A stretch of DNA of 64,000 bases from Verrucomicrobiaceae bacterium (GCA_051252135.1 JBPOGH010000011.1:64001-128000), one strand, 5' to 3'; shown: positions 8,691 through 18,896, numbered from the stretch's first letter. Program-made: numbers and translations. Notes: generated by a model not told the origin, from the sequence alone.

Positions 8691-10442
8691 TTACTTAAGT
8701 GAAATGGGTTGCTTGAGCGGGATGACCAACTCAAATGGGGCGGCGTAATTGCCATCTTCGGGAGCAGCTTCGAGAATTTTGACAATCTGGGCATCCTTGA
8801 GCTCCTCGCCATTCCAATTGAATGACAAATGCTCTGAATTCCTCAACTTGGCAATCAGAGCGAAAACATCCTGCTCGCTCTTACGCCAAAAGCCCCGAAG
8901 TACGACACTGTCAGCGGTCTCGTGCTCCTTCGGGAGGTAGACACCTTTACCATATCCGGCTGTTCCAAAGCCATCGGCAATCAACGCATCATTCCCGTCT
9001 CCACTTACTGGATTGTAATTGGACCGGGGTTCCAGATCAGTCAACCAAACCTGGTCACTCGCCATGTGCGATGATATGTCATTGAACAGCTCGACAACCG
9101 ACAAGCGCCCCTTTTCAACAGCAGCATAGGAATTCACCAGAAGAAGACTATCGGCTTCCATTTTGTTGAGGCGCTGCACATCTCCGGCAGGCCCTTGCAG
9201 CTCCTGAAGCTCTTGCTCGGAATTCTTGAGGAAAGCCTCAGCCTTGGATGTGGTCAGGATATTAAAGACCGGCCATGCTGCCAATCCGCCCAAAAACAGC
9301 GCAGCGGCGGTCAGCAGAAGCGGTTTACGACGGGTAATGTCACGTTCGGCCTGAACCACTTCAGGCACCAGATCGATGTTGATATGAGCCTTCCCTGATG
9401 CACGAAGTCCAAGTCCAACCAGTTCGCCAAGCATGTGTGCCTCACGACCAAGTGCCTCAACATCAACCCCTTTTCCAACGGAAACCCGCTGAAGGGGATT
9501 GAAAATTTCAACCGGAAGATTCACCTTCTCTTCGATGAATTCCTTCAAATAGGGCAGGTTCCCACAACCTCCTGCCAAAAGAATACGGACAGGAGCACTA
9601 CCACCATGCTGGCTGCGGAAGAGCTGTGTTGTGCGCTGAATCTCGGCAGTTAGTCGGGTCAAGGCATTACGAACCACGGTTCCCAAAGCAGCTGAAGCCT
9701 CGTCCAATTGGGAAGCATGTCCCCCACCAAGAGTGACCAGGCCACTCGTGAGCTTGGTGTTCTCAGCTTCGGCAAACGAAACATGATACTCTTTGGCGAT
9801 GGCACTCGTAATCGAAGCCCCACCAACCGGAACACTCCGGGTGAAGAACTTCTCACCATCTGCGTAGATCAACTCGGTTGTCTTCGCACCCACATCAAGA
9901 AGTAAGGTGCAGCCTTCCTGATCAACGTAGTTGTAGCGAAGAGCATTGTAGAGAGCCGTAGGAGCAGCATCCACCAGCCGTGTTCCCAGACCGGTCTCGG
10001 CAACCACTTCATTCAAATCATTCAGTGAGTCGGCCTTGATCGCAACCAAGACGACTTCGGTCTCCAACCCTCCACCTTTGAGCGCCTCCCAGTCCCAAAC
10101 CACCTCGTCGATGGGGAATGGAACATTTTGCTGGGCCTCGAAGCGCACCAACTCCTCCACATTTTCCTCTTCAAGAGGCGGTAGCTTCACAAAGCGAACA
10201 AAGACAGACTGCCCTGAAAGAGCATATGCCGCTTTTTGCTTTCCGAGCTTGAGCGTCTTGGCGAGTTCTTTGATGGCGAGCTGGACCTGCGGAATACGAG
10301 CGGCTTCGGTAGCCGGGTCAGCAAGAATACTTGTCGCTCCGTAAGATTTCAAAACGAGTCCCTTGCCGGTTTGGGCGAAGGAACCCATCGAAATCCGCTG
10401 GGAGCCGATGTTGAGTGCGATGATCGACTGTGAGTCAGCCAT
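8691..10442 (-). CDS. PilM-like actin-fold pilus assembly protein fused to a PilN-like TM/periplasmic part; Amuc_1101-family
   Basis: IALNIGSQ, VRFEAQQNVPFPIDEVVWD, LLLDVGAKTT, ILLAGG, followed by INIDLVP, a TM helix and a periplasmic domain. Confidence 0.9.
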   Translation of the reverse strand: MADSQSIIALNIGSQRISMGSFAQTGKGLVLKSYGATSILADPATEAARIPQVQLAIKELAKTLKLGKQKAAYALSGQSVFVRFVKLPPLEEENVEELVRFEAQQNVPFPIDEVVWDWEALKGGGLETEVVLVAIKADSLNDLNEVVAETGLGTRLVDAAPTALYNALRYNYVDQEGCTLLLDVGAKTTELIYADGEKFFTRSVPVGGASITSAIAKEYHVSFAEAENTKLTSGLVTLGGGHASQLDEASAALGTVVRNALTRLTAEIQRTTQLFRSQHGGSAPVRILLAGGCGNLPYLKEFIEEKVNLPVEIFNPLQRVSVGKGVDVEALGREAHMLGELVGLGLRASGKAHINIDLVPEVVQAERDITRRKPLLLTAAALFLGGLAAWPVFNILTTSKAEAFLKNSEQELQELQGPAGDVQRLNKMEADSLLLVNSYAAVEKGRLSVVELFNDISSHMASDQVWLTDLEPRSNYNPVSGDGNDALIADGFGTAGYGKGVYLPKEHETADSVVLRGFWRKSEQDVFALIAKLRNSEHLSFNWNGEELKDAQIVKILEAAPEDGNYAAPFELVIPLKQPISLK

Positions 10443-10551
10443 GGTAGTGTTTTTTCTGCGTGCTTTGTCAGATGAAGCTCAAGGATAGGGAGGCTCGAGC
10501 GAAAATAGTGGTCAGCTCCTCCGTGCTGCGCCCCGTGTGGAGCAAATTAAC

Positions 10552-11187
10552 TCAGTCATTCTTCGGGGCAATTTCGGCGTACCGATCATACCAGAGGAAT
10601 TTAAATGGAGTTTCGTTCTTATCTAAGAGGGGGAATTTTTGAGTCCGCTCGACACTGCCGAGATCCTTGCGCCACCAACCGGCCTTAAGCTTATCGGAAA
10701 AGAAACCAACCAACTCGCCATTGTAGTGGACTTCCCCACCAACAGCTTCGAGATCATTGTCTCCCGCCGAATCTTTTCCGGTGATCCGCTTGAGTGCATT
10801 GGGCGAAAGATAAACGGAACTAACAACCTGTTCTCCAACTGGAATATTCACATGCTGAATGGACTTCTCCATCAGGTAGGTTTTGCGATCCTGCCCTTTC
10901 ACCACGATCCACCACTTGACCGTCACGTTGTCGAGATATTCATCCTGAGGCTCGGGCTTGACCTTGGTCACCTTCATCTGCACCTCAATTTCCAGCCAAT
11001 CCTTGGGCCGAAATTTCTTATTCACACCACCCGCTGAAATATCGGGCGATGGCAGCTCAACATACTTGGGCCCATCAACATCAATCTTGTTGGTTTTGCT
11101 CGGAGTCGGCATTTCATCTTGAGCAGATGCAGCACCGATGGTGAGCGTGGCACAGGCGAGAGTTTTAATTAATTTTCCAATCTTCAT
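10552..11187 (-). CDS. Amuc_1102-family exported pilus-associated protein
   Basis: Signal peptide, KKFRPKDWLEIEV, C-terminal LLDKNETPFKFLWYDRYAEI; first gene of the cluster. Confidence 0.8.
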   Translation of the reverse strand: MKIGKLIKTLACATLTIGAASAQDEMPTPSKTNKIDVDGPKYVELPSPDISAGGVNKKFRPKDWLEIEVQMKVTKVKPEPQDEYLDNVTVKWWIVVKGQDRKTYLMEKSIQHVNIPVGEQVVSSVYLSPNALKRITGKDSAGDNDLEAVGGEVHYNGELVGFFSDKLKAGWWRKDLGSVERTQKFPLLDKNETPFKFLWYDRYAEIAPKND

Positions 11188-11343
11188 GTCGGATCAAATA
11201 GGATTTCTAGGACGCTAGGAAGCTGGGCACGAGACGGCTAGCAAAAAGCTGAGAATCGGTGATATTTTTCGCAATTGACACCGTAAGTCGATTCTGAACG
11301 AAGCCCGTTTGACAGAGACGATCCAGCAGGCCAATCTCCCGAC

Positions 11344-12009
11344 GTGCGCAAGACTCCGTTGAATCAAGAAGTCCCCCCACTGGACAAACCGCTTGTCGTA
11401 GGGGCACTGGCTGGCCGGAACAGCATCTCCAATCCCATTACGGACTGCGATATAATCGAGCTCCGGCTCGATTCTCTAGGCTCTGACTCCGCGATCATCG
11501 ATTTCGCGGCCAACTCCCCACTCCCACTTCTCGTAACCGCACGGGGTCCCGAAGAAGGAGGTCAAAATAACATGTCGATCCAAGAGCGAATCGACGCCTA
11601 CCTCGCCCTTCTCCCTTTCGCCTTTGCGATCGACATCGAACTTTCCTGTTTCGATTCACTCTCATCGGTGATTAGCGCTGCCAAATCCCAAAAGACCATA
11701 CTCGTCGGCTCGTTTCACGATTTCGAAAAAACGCCATCTCTTGATAGTCTCACATCATTGATTGGTCAGATCGCCGACATTCATAAATTCGCCACCATGG
11801 TCAACGAGCCTTGCGACCTCAATATCCACCGCAATCTCCTTAAACTCCCCACCCCCCTTTCAGTCATGGGAATGGGACCCCTCGGAGCCGAAGCCCGCCC
11901 CGAAATGATGCAACTCGGCTCCATCCTTAACTACGGATACCTGGGCGACACCCCCACCGCGCCCAATCAATGGCCCACCTCCAAGCTCATGGAGCTTTCC
12001 GGTCGCTAG
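11344..12009 (+). CDS. aroD: Type I 3-dehydroquinate dehydratase
   Basis: DIIELRLD, LLVTAR..EEGG, IDIEL, SFHDFEKTP, HKFAT (Schiff-base Lys), MGMG..G..R, APNQW. Confidence 0.88.
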   Translation: MRKTPLNQEVPPLDKPLVVGALAGRNSISNPITDCDIIELRLDSLGSDSAIIDFAANSPLPLLVTARGPEEGGQNNMSIQERIDAYLALLPFAFAIDIELSCFDSLSSVISAAKSQKTILVGSFHDFEKTPSLDSLTSLIGQIADIHKFATMVNEPCDLNIHRNLLKLPTPLSVMGMGPLGAEARPEMMQLGSILNYGYLGDTPTAPNQWPTSKLMELSGR

Positions 12010-13988
12010 TCGACAATTTTCACCGGTGCGTTTGGGAGCGCGGCCAGAAAACTCTTCCCATATCGCTTGGTCACCACTCGGTTGTCCAGAATGACAACCA
12101 TCCCCTTGTCTTTCTTTGATCGGATTAGCCGCCCCACTCCTTGCCTTAATTTGATTACCGCCTCGGGAACCGAATATTCCATAAAGGAGTTTCCGCCCTC
12201 CGCTTCGATTTCCTCAAGCCTCGCCGCCGTCAAGGGATGATCAGGCACCGCGAAAGGAATACGCGTAACGATCACATTACTCAACGCTTCCCCGGGCACA
12301 TCCACTCCCGCCCAAAAACTATCCGTTCCAAAGAGCACGCTGTTCACATCCTCCCGAAATCTCTCCACCATTTTCTGCCGCGGCATCCCCATTCCCTGCG
12401 CCAAAAGTGTCCATCCGTGATCGTCGAAAAAGTCTTCCATTTCCTCCGCCACCGACCTCAACAACCGGTGGCTCGTAAAGAGCACAAACGCTTTTCCTTC
12501 CGTCTTAATCAACACCCGCTCGATCCAATGAATCAACATTTTCTCGTAGTCCTCATCTCTGGGATCCGGCATCGATTTAATGACGTAGATCGCCATCTGC
12601 TTTTGATAATCAAACGGACTCCCGATCTTCACCGCCGGCACATGCTCCGCCCCCACTCTCTCCCGAAAATACTTCAGCTGATCATCTCCCGTTCCAAGCG
12701 TCGCACTCGTCGCGATGCACGATTTATCAGGACCAAAAAGTATCGGCCTCAACCGATGAGCCACATTCACCGGTGCCGCATTGAGACTCAGTGACGTCCC
12801 CTCGTTCCCTCCTTTCTCCACCCAATAAACACTGTCCTCATCCTCTTGATCCAGAAACACCTTCAGTCCTCCGTGCAACTCCCGCAAACGCCGGGCCCCA
12901 TCCATCAATTCGGCACGCTTGGTCTCATCCTCCAACCCATCGGCTGCACCCTCGATAGCGCTCCAGCAATCTCGCAAGGGCTCCGCCAAAGTATTCTCAA
13001 CCAACTCCGGCTCCCGCACCCGACACTCCCGCGACCAATCTTTGAAGGTCACCTCCCCCCCTATCGCGTCAAAGAAACCATCCGCCTCCTCAAGCACCCG
13101 CCTGGCCGCATGCATCGCATCAGTCGCCCCGGCATATTTAAGCAACCCCTTCCCGGTCTTGGGATGATACAGCCGCTGCAAATCAAATCTCAAACTCGCC
13201 TGACTCACCCGCAGTCCCAGCGCCTTTGCCGCCACACTTTCCAAAGTATGCGCCTCATCGAAAACGACGAAATCATTCGGCACCAAAAAACCCTTCTCGG
13301 TCTCACGCCATTCCTCATCCGGATTCAGCAGCGAAAAAAACAAGCTGTGATTCACCACCAGCACCGTCGCATTCGCCGCCCGCTTCCGCGCCTCTTGAAA
13401 AAAACAATTCCCGCGCGGCGCACACATTTTCTGCGTACATATATGCGCCTCACTGCACACCTGCAGCCACACCTTCATCGACGGATCAAAATCCAGATCG
13501 CTCTTCGTCCCATCCCTCGTCGCCTCCGCCCACTTCCAGATTGCCATCAGCTCCTCACGCTCACTCGTCGTGAAAAGATCGCCCCCGTTATCCATCGCCC
13601 GCCTCAACCGAAGCGGACACACATAATTCCCCCTCCCCTTCAACAAGGCCGCCTCAAAATCAGACGCCAACAGCTTACGCACAATCGGCAAATCCTTCCC
13701 CATCAACTGCTCCTGCAAGTTGATCGTGTGTGTCGAAATCACCGCCTTCTTTCCCTCCCGGATCGCAAATTCCACCGCCGGAATCAAATACGCCAGGGAC
13801 TTCCCCACTCCCGTCCCCGCCTCAATCACCAACGATCGCTCACCCGCTAACGCATCAGCCACCTCACCCGCCATCTGCTGCTGCTCCGCCCGATACTCAA
13901 AGTCCGGAGATTTCGACAACAATCCCGACTCAGAGAACACCGCTCTCATCTCATCTCCAAATTCTCCTCCACCTCCGAGCGAAATCAC
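12006..13988 (-). CDS. DinG/YoaA-family ATP-dependent DNA helicase
   Basis: EAGTGVGKSLAYL, LKGRGNYVC with Fe-S cysteines, FDEAH, FWAGVDVPGE, LRQGVGRLIRS. Confidence 0.93.
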   Translation of the reverse strand: MISLGGGGEFGDEMRAVFSESGLLSKSPDFEYRAEQQQMAGEVADALAGERSLVIEAGTGVGKSLAYLIPAVEFAIREGKKAVISTHTINLQEQLMGKDLPIVRKLLASDFEAALLKGRGNYVCPLRLRRAMDNGGDLFTTSEREELMAIWKWAEATRDGTKSDLDFDPSMKVWLQVCSEAHICTQKMCAPRGNCFFQEARKRAANATVLVVNHSLFFSLLNPDEEWRETEKGFLVPNDFVVFDEAHTLESVAAKALGLRVSQASLRFDLQRLYHPKTGKGLLKYAGATDAMHAARRVLEEADGFFDAIGGEVTFKDWSRECRVREPELVENTLAEPLRDCWSAIEGAADGLEDETKRAELMDGARRLRELHGGLKVFLDQEDEDSVYWVEKGGNEGTSLSLNAAPVNVAHRLRPILFGPDKSCIATSATLGTGDDQLKYFRERVGAEHVPAVKIGSPFDYQKQMAIYVIKSMPDPRDEDYEKMLIHWIERVLIKTEGKAFVLFTSHRLLRSVAEEMEDFFDDHGWTLLAQGMGMPRQKMVERFREDVNSVLFGTDSFWAGVDVPGEALSNVIVTRIPFAVPDHPLTAARLEEIEAEGGNSFMEYSVPEAVIKLRQGVGRLIRSKKDKGMVVILDNRVVTKRYGKSFLAALPNAPVKIVD

Positions 13989-14036
13989 CCCCTCCTTTAG
14001 CCTCCCCCACCACCCATTTCAATCGCCATTGCTCAA

Positions 14037-14075
14037 TGCTGATTTTCCAACATTTATATTGCAGCTTTTTTAGCA
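14037..14075. promoter_or_regulatory. Two 16-bp quasi-palindromes, candidate BlaI-family operators (TGCTGATTTTCCAACA; TGCAGCTTTTTTAGCA)
   Basis: At 14037-14052 and 14060-14075, just upstream of the BlaI-family ATG. Confidence 0.5.
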
Positions 14076-14092
14076 TATCGTATCATCCCCAC

Positions 14093-14461
14093 ATGAATCG
14101 TTTGGAAAAGGGACACCTCTCACGGCGCGAGCGCCAAATCATGGACATCCTCTACCGTCTTGGCGAGGCCACCGCACAAGATGTCCTCGAGGAACTTCCC
14201 GATCCCCCATCCTACTCCGCCGTCCGCGCCCTCCTCGCCACCCTCGAAAATAAGGAAATGGTAAAACATTCCAAAGAAGGGCGACGCTACCTCTATGCAC
14301 CCGTGATCAACCAGCGCAAAGCCAAGCGAACCGCCCTCAAAGGTCTCCTCAACACCTTCTTCCAGGGAAAACCGCAAAACCTCGTCGCCGCCCTCCTCGA
14401 CCCCTCCGATCAAGAACTCACCCGCGAGCAAATCGAAGAAATCCGCAAGCTCATCGACTAG
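14093..14461 (+). CDS. BlaI/MecI/CopY-family transcriptional repressor
   Basis: LSRRERQIMDILY...PSYSAVRALLATLENK...GRRYLY...LLNTFFQG; ATG at 14093. Confidence 0.93.
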   Translation: MNRLEKGHLSRRERQIMDILYRLGEATAQDVLEELPDPPSYSAVRALLATLENKEMVKHSKEGRRYLYAPVINQRKAKRTALKGLLNTFFQGKPQNLVAALLDPSDQELTREQIEEIRKLID

Positions 14462-14467
14462 CGTCCA

Positions 14468-15388
14468 ATGTTCCTCCCCTCCGTCATCTTCTCCCTTTGT
14501 GTCTCCGCCGCCCTCTGGCTTCTCATCCGGCGGCACCCCGCCCGCGACCCCAGGCTCCTTGGAGTCGCCATGACCCTCCTCGTCCTCCTCCCCCTTCTCC
14601 ACTTCGCCCCAAAATTCTCCATCGCCGTCTCCGCCACCCCCACCGGTCCACCCTCAACCTCCTGGCTCCTCACCCTGTGGTTTACCGGACTCCTCTTCTT
14701 CGGCGTACGAATGTTTTCCGACTTCCTCGCCCTCGCCCGCTGGAAAAGACGATCCCTCCCCTGCCAACTCGATACCGCCATCTCAAAAATCCACCACCAA
14801 CTCGGATTCAACCAAAAGGTCAACCTGCGCCTCCACCCCGACCTCGCCTCCCCCGTCGTCGCCGGCCTCTTCTCCCCCACCATCTACCTCCCCCTCTCCT
14901 GCCATCAATGGTCACAAAAAACCCTTCACATGGCCCTCCTTCACGAGTGCTCACACCTCCAACGCCGTGACCTCTGGCTTGCCTCCCTGGCCTCCTTCGC
15001 CTGCCTCCTCCACTGGTTTAACCCCGCCGTCTGGTGGATGCGGCGCGTCCTCCTGACCCAGTGCGAGTATGCTTGCGACGCACACCTCCTCTCCCACGGC
15101 GCCGACCCCGCCACCTACGCCCACGCCCTTTGCGATGTCGCCCAATCCTCGGACCACCCCCGCCTCGCCCTCGCCATGGCCGGCCACGTCCCCCTCCGCC
15201 AGCGCATTCAAAACATCACCTCCCCGGAGCAACACCGCTCCCTCATTATCCTCGCCTTCCTCCTCATCACTTCTGCTTCCGCCATCGCCATGAGCCTCAT
15301 CCGCCTCACCCCGGAAGCCCTCCCCTCCTACCCCGCCTCCGAGATCGAACTCCGTTTCTCAGCCTCCCCATTCCCCGGCGACGAATAG
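14468..15388 (+). CDS. M56-family (BlaR1-like) membrane metallopeptidase lacking a C-terminal sensor domain
   Basis: SPVVAGLFSPTIYLP, LLHECSHLQRRD (HExxH), HWFNPAVW, EYACDA; follows the BlaI gene. Confidence 0.92.
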   Translation: MFLPSVIFSLCVSAALWLLIRRHPARDPRLLGVAMTLLVLLPLLHFAPKFSIAVSATPTGPPSTSWLLTLWFTGLLFFGVRMFSDFLALARWKRRSLPCQLDTAISKIHHQLGFNQKVNLRLHPDLASPVVAGLFSPTIYLPLSCHQWSQKTLHMALLHECSHLQRRDLWLASLASFACLLHWFNPAVWWMRRVLLTQCEYACDAHLLSHGADPATYAHALCDVAQSSDHPRLALAMAGHVPLRQRIQNITSPEQHRSLIILAFLLITSASAIAMSLIRLTPEALPSYPASEIELRFSASPFPGDE

Positions 15389-15401
15389 GATAAAAGACAA
15401 C

Positions 15402-16826
15402 CTACTCCGGCTCTCCCTCCGGAACATACTTGTCGTAAATCTGCGCCGACTGGCTCGACCAAAAAGGCGAAGACCCCCACAGCGGAACCGTTGCCAGGGA
15501 ACTCTCCCATTCCCCCAATTTACGAAACAACTCCTCTAACGTTTCACGCTCCTTTACCGCCAGGTCATCCTGCTCGCCCGCATCTTCCCCTGGCGCAAAC
15601 AACTGCGCCGGACGATGCGACAGGTTGATCAACTTCCGCTCCCCGGCTAGCACCGCCGACTGCCCTTGCAGACGCCAAAACAATGTTCGCTCCCCCGCGG
15701 CTTGTTCCCCCTTGAGCACCGGCAACAAGTTCATCCCGTCATAAGCCCCGTAGAGCTTCTCTGACCGCCTCCGGTTCTTTTTGTCTTCATAGGATGGCGC
15801 AACTTTCAACGGCAACAACTCCCCTTCACCCGCCGCCAAAAAGGTCGGCAACAAATCCAGCGCCGACACCACCCCCTCATAACGCTTCCCTTTCGGCAAA
15901 ACCTTCGGCCACGAAATCAAGAACGGCACCCGCACACCCCCTTCCCGCAAGCTCCCTTTCCGGCCCGATAACTCCCCGTTCCACGACCCGTTGTTTGTCG
16001 CCCCGCCATTGTCCGAAAAGAACACAATCAACGTATTCTCCAACTCCCCCTTCTCGCGCAAAAAATTGATCATCCGACCCACCCCGCGATCCAACGCATG
16101 CATCATCGCCGCATAAGTTCTCCGCTTCGGATTTTTCACATGCGCATACACCGCCAAGTCTTCCTCTGTCGCATGCATCGGCGTGTGGGGCGCATTATAC
16201 GACAGAAACATAAAAAACGGTTCCTCTCCCTCCCTCTCTTCGATCCACCGAATCCCCTCGTCCGTGAAAAAATCCGTCACGTAATCCGATGAAAACTTCG
16301 TCACCGGCTTCCCGTTCCGCTCCAGCTGGTTCTTCCCCTCATTCAAAAAGTAACTGTGGGACCCGCTCAACATCCCCATGAAATAATCAAAGCCTCTCAC
16401 ATTCGGATGAAACTCCGCACTCATCCCCTGATGCCACTTCCCGATCAATGCCGTCTCATAACCCGCCGCCTTCAAATGATCCCCCATCGTATGCTCCGTC
16501 GGCGGCAACCCCAGCAGCCCCGGCTTCGTCGCGTAATTGTCAGGGCCCTGATTCAAATTCCCCTCATAACCAAACCGCCTCGGATCACGCCCCGTCAAAA
16601 TCCCGGCCCGCGATGGCGAACAAACCGACGACGGCACATACCCCTGCGTGCACAACACCCCGTTCTCCGCCAGCGAATCAAGATGCGGCGTCTTGATCAC
16701 CGTCGATCCGGTAACACCCAAATCCCCATACCCCATATCATCCGCCAGAATCATCAAAATATTCGGCCGCTCCGCCTGAGCCACCGACACCATTCCCCCG
16801 ACAACCAACATCCAAAGTTTACCCAT
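15402..16826 (-). CDS. Formylglycine-dependent sulfatase (S1, Cys-type)
   Basis: RPNILMILADDMGYGD, CSPSRAGILTG, GKWHQG, FFSDNG, EGGVRVP. Confidence 0.95.
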   Translation of the reverse strand: MGKLWMLVVGGMVSVAQAERPNILMILADDMGYGDLGVTGSTVIKTPHLDSLAENGVLCTQGYVPSSVCSPSRAGILTGRDPRRFGYEGNLNQGPDNYATKPGLLGLPPTEHTMGDHLKAAGYETALIGKWHQGMSAEFHPNVRGFDYFMGMLSGSHSYFLNEGKNQLERNGKPVTKFSSDYVTDFFTDEGIRWIEEREGEEPFFMFLSYNAPHTPMHATEEDLAVYAHVKNPKRRTYAAMMHALDRGVGRMINFLREKGELENTLIVFFSDNGGATNNGSWNGELSGRKGSLREGGVRVPFLISWPKVLPKGKRYEGVVSALDLLPTFLAAGEGELLPLKVAPSYEDKKNRRRSEKLYGAYDGMNLLPVLKGEQAAGERTLFWRLQGQSAVLAGERKLINLSHRPAQLFAPGEDAGEQDDLAVKERETLEELFRKLGEWESSLATVPLWGSSPFWSSQSAQIYDKYVPEGEPE

Positions 16827-16879
16827 ACCCCAGTGGAGCGAGTCACCCCGCTCGGGTCACGTCCAAAACCCGGCCTTCT

Positions 16880-18859
16880 TCAGTTCCCCTCCCCCAGCGC
16901 CCGCTGAAAAAACTCAATCCGCTTCCGCCTCAAATAAGGCGATTCCCCAATCCCGTGCCCCCCATTGGGCACCTGATAAAACTCAAAGTCCTTATCGGCC
17001 TGAATCAGAGCATCCACCACCTGCAACGTCGAACTCGGATCCACATTTGTATCCACCTCGCCCACCGACAAAAACAACTCCCCCTTGAGCAATCCCACAT
17101 GCTCCGTATTCGAGTTCGCCGCATACTCCTCTCCCACCGGCCAATCCATCCACTGCTCGTTCCACCAAATCTTATCCATCCGGTTGTCATGACATCCGCA
17201 ATCCGCTGCTCCCGCCTGATAAAAGTCTCCATGCCAAAGAAGCCCTGCCAGTGTGCTCTGCCCTCCCGCCGAACCACCATAAAGTCCCACTCGATCCAAA
17301 TCCATCCACGGCCGACTTTCCGCCGCCTCCCGGATCCACTTGATCCGATCCGGAAAGCCCGAGTCCTTGAGATTCTTGTAGGCATACTGCTGAAACTCCT
17401 TCCCCCGATAATTCGTCCCCCGACCATCCATCTTCACCACCACAAATCCCGACGCCGTCATCTCCGAAATATGCCCGTGCCAACTCCGCCAACTCTTCGG
17501 CACAAAGGCTCCATGCGGCCCCGCATAAATATTCTCAATCACGGGATACTTCTTCGCCGGATCAAAATCCACCGGCTTCCAGATCAGCCCCCAAATCTCG
17601 TATTTCCCTTCCCGGTCCTTCGCCACAAACCTCTCCGGCATCACCACTCCCTCCCCCTTCGCTTCAGCCAATTTCGCCACCAAAACACCATCGCTCTTCC
17701 GCCTCAGCTCATGCACCGGCGGCGCGTCGGCACGCGACCACTTCGCCACGTAAAAATCCAAATTCGGCGACCACTCCACCTCATGCGTCCCGTCCCCCTC
17801 CGTCAGCATCGTCATCGCTCCCGTCCTCCAGTTCACCTTCGCCCAATGCAAGTGATACGGATCCTGTCCCTCATAATACCCGCTCAGCGAAAAAATCACC
17901 TCCTCTCCGTTCGCCTGCTGCACACCCCGCACCACCCACTTCCCCCTCGTCACCTGCCTCCGCTCCCCGCTCTCTTCATCCACCACATACAAATGACTCC
18001 ACCCATCCTTCTCCGATCTCCAGAGTAACTTCCCTCCGCCCAAATCCCACCACCCGCATTTGTCAAAGACATGCACAAACTTCTCATCCTCCTCCGCAGC
18101 CACCACCCGCGACTTCCCCGTTTCCGCATTCAGCTCAATCAAGCGAAACTTCCCAAACCCCCGCTCAATAAACTCCAACCTCAACCGTCCCTCATCACGC
18201 CAATGAACCGCTGAGATCGAAAACGGATTCGCAATCAACCCCTCCTCCACCTCCACTTTCTTCCCATCCAAGTCAAAAACCACCGGCACCTTCGTCCGCA
18301 ACTCATCCCCCGCCTTCGGATACGTCCGCGTAAAGCTCTCCGGCTGAAGCCCATCCTTTGGAGACGACCGCACATAGTCCACCTGCCTCTCCTTGATATC
18401 CCACACCCGAGTCACTTGAAAAAATCGCGAATCCGGTGACCAGTGAACCCTCGACTCCCACACCCACCCGGTCGGCACCTCCGCCTTCCATTCACCCAAC
18501 TCCACCGTCTTCCCCTCTATCACCCCCACCCGATGCTTCCCGTCGGGCGATTCATTCCCCGCCTTACTCTGAAAATTCCGCATCGTCTTCAGCTTGCGTG
18601 ACTTCTTCCCCGCCCCCTCCCCAACCTCACTCCGCGCTCCATCCGCACAAGACACCTCGTAATCTCCTGTCGAATCCTTCACCCGGCAAAACCAAACGCC
18701 ATCGCGCTCCACCCACGAAACACCAATCCGCTCATCCTTCACCAGCTTCCTCTGCTCTTCAGCCAACCTCTGAAACCCTGCCATCATCCCCTTCGTGGAC
18801 CCATGCTCCCCCCGTGCCATCCACACAGCACCCATCACAAAAAAACAAACCAAACGCAT
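16880..18859 (-). CDS. S9B dipeptidyl-peptidase IV-like serine peptidase
   Basis: YPKAGD, SEKDGWSHLY, IYAGP, GLYGGSAGG nucleophile elbow, DTNVD, GGHG catalytic His. Confidence 0.92.
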   Translation of the reverse strand: MRLVCFFVMGAVWMARGEHGSTKGMMAGFQRLAEEQRKLVKDERIGVSWVERDGVWFCRVKDSTGDYEVSCADGARSEVGEGAGKKSRKLKTMRNFQSKAGNESPDGKHRVGVIEGKTVELGEWKAEVPTGWVWESRVHWSPDSRFFQVTRVWDIKERQVDYVRSSPKDGLQPESFTRTYPKAGDELRTKVPVVFDLDGKKVEVEEGLIANPFSISAVHWRDEGRLRLEFIERGFGKFRLIELNAETGKSRVVAAEEDEKFVHVFDKCGWWDLGGGKLLWRSEKDGWSHLYVVDEESGERRQVTRGKWVVRGVQQANGEEVIFSLSGYYEGQDPYHLHWAKVNWRTGAMTMLTEGDGTHEVEWSPNLDFYVAKWSRADAPPVHELRRKSDGVLVAKLAEAKGEGVVMPERFVAKDREGKYEIWGLIWKPVDFDPAKKYPVIENIYAGPHGAFVPKSWRSWHGHISEMTASGFVVVKMDGRGTNYRGKEFQQYAYKNLKDSGFPDRIKWIREAAESRPWMDLDRVGLYGGSAGGQSTLAGLLWHGDFYQAGAADCGCHDNRMDKIWWNEQWMDWPVGEEYAANSNTEHVGLLKGELFLSVGEVDTNVDPSSTLQVVDALIQADKDFEFYQVPNGGHGIGESPYLRRKRIEFFQRALGEGN

Positions 18860-18896
18860 CCCTCCCCCTACTTCCCCCCACCCCCTAAAATTTCAC

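Noticed and set aside
12006..13988. DinG (and HrpB) helicase as a possible defence-system or type IV CRISPR component
   Set aside because: Both look like ordinary housekeeping orthologues with no cas, nuclease or defence-like neighbours.
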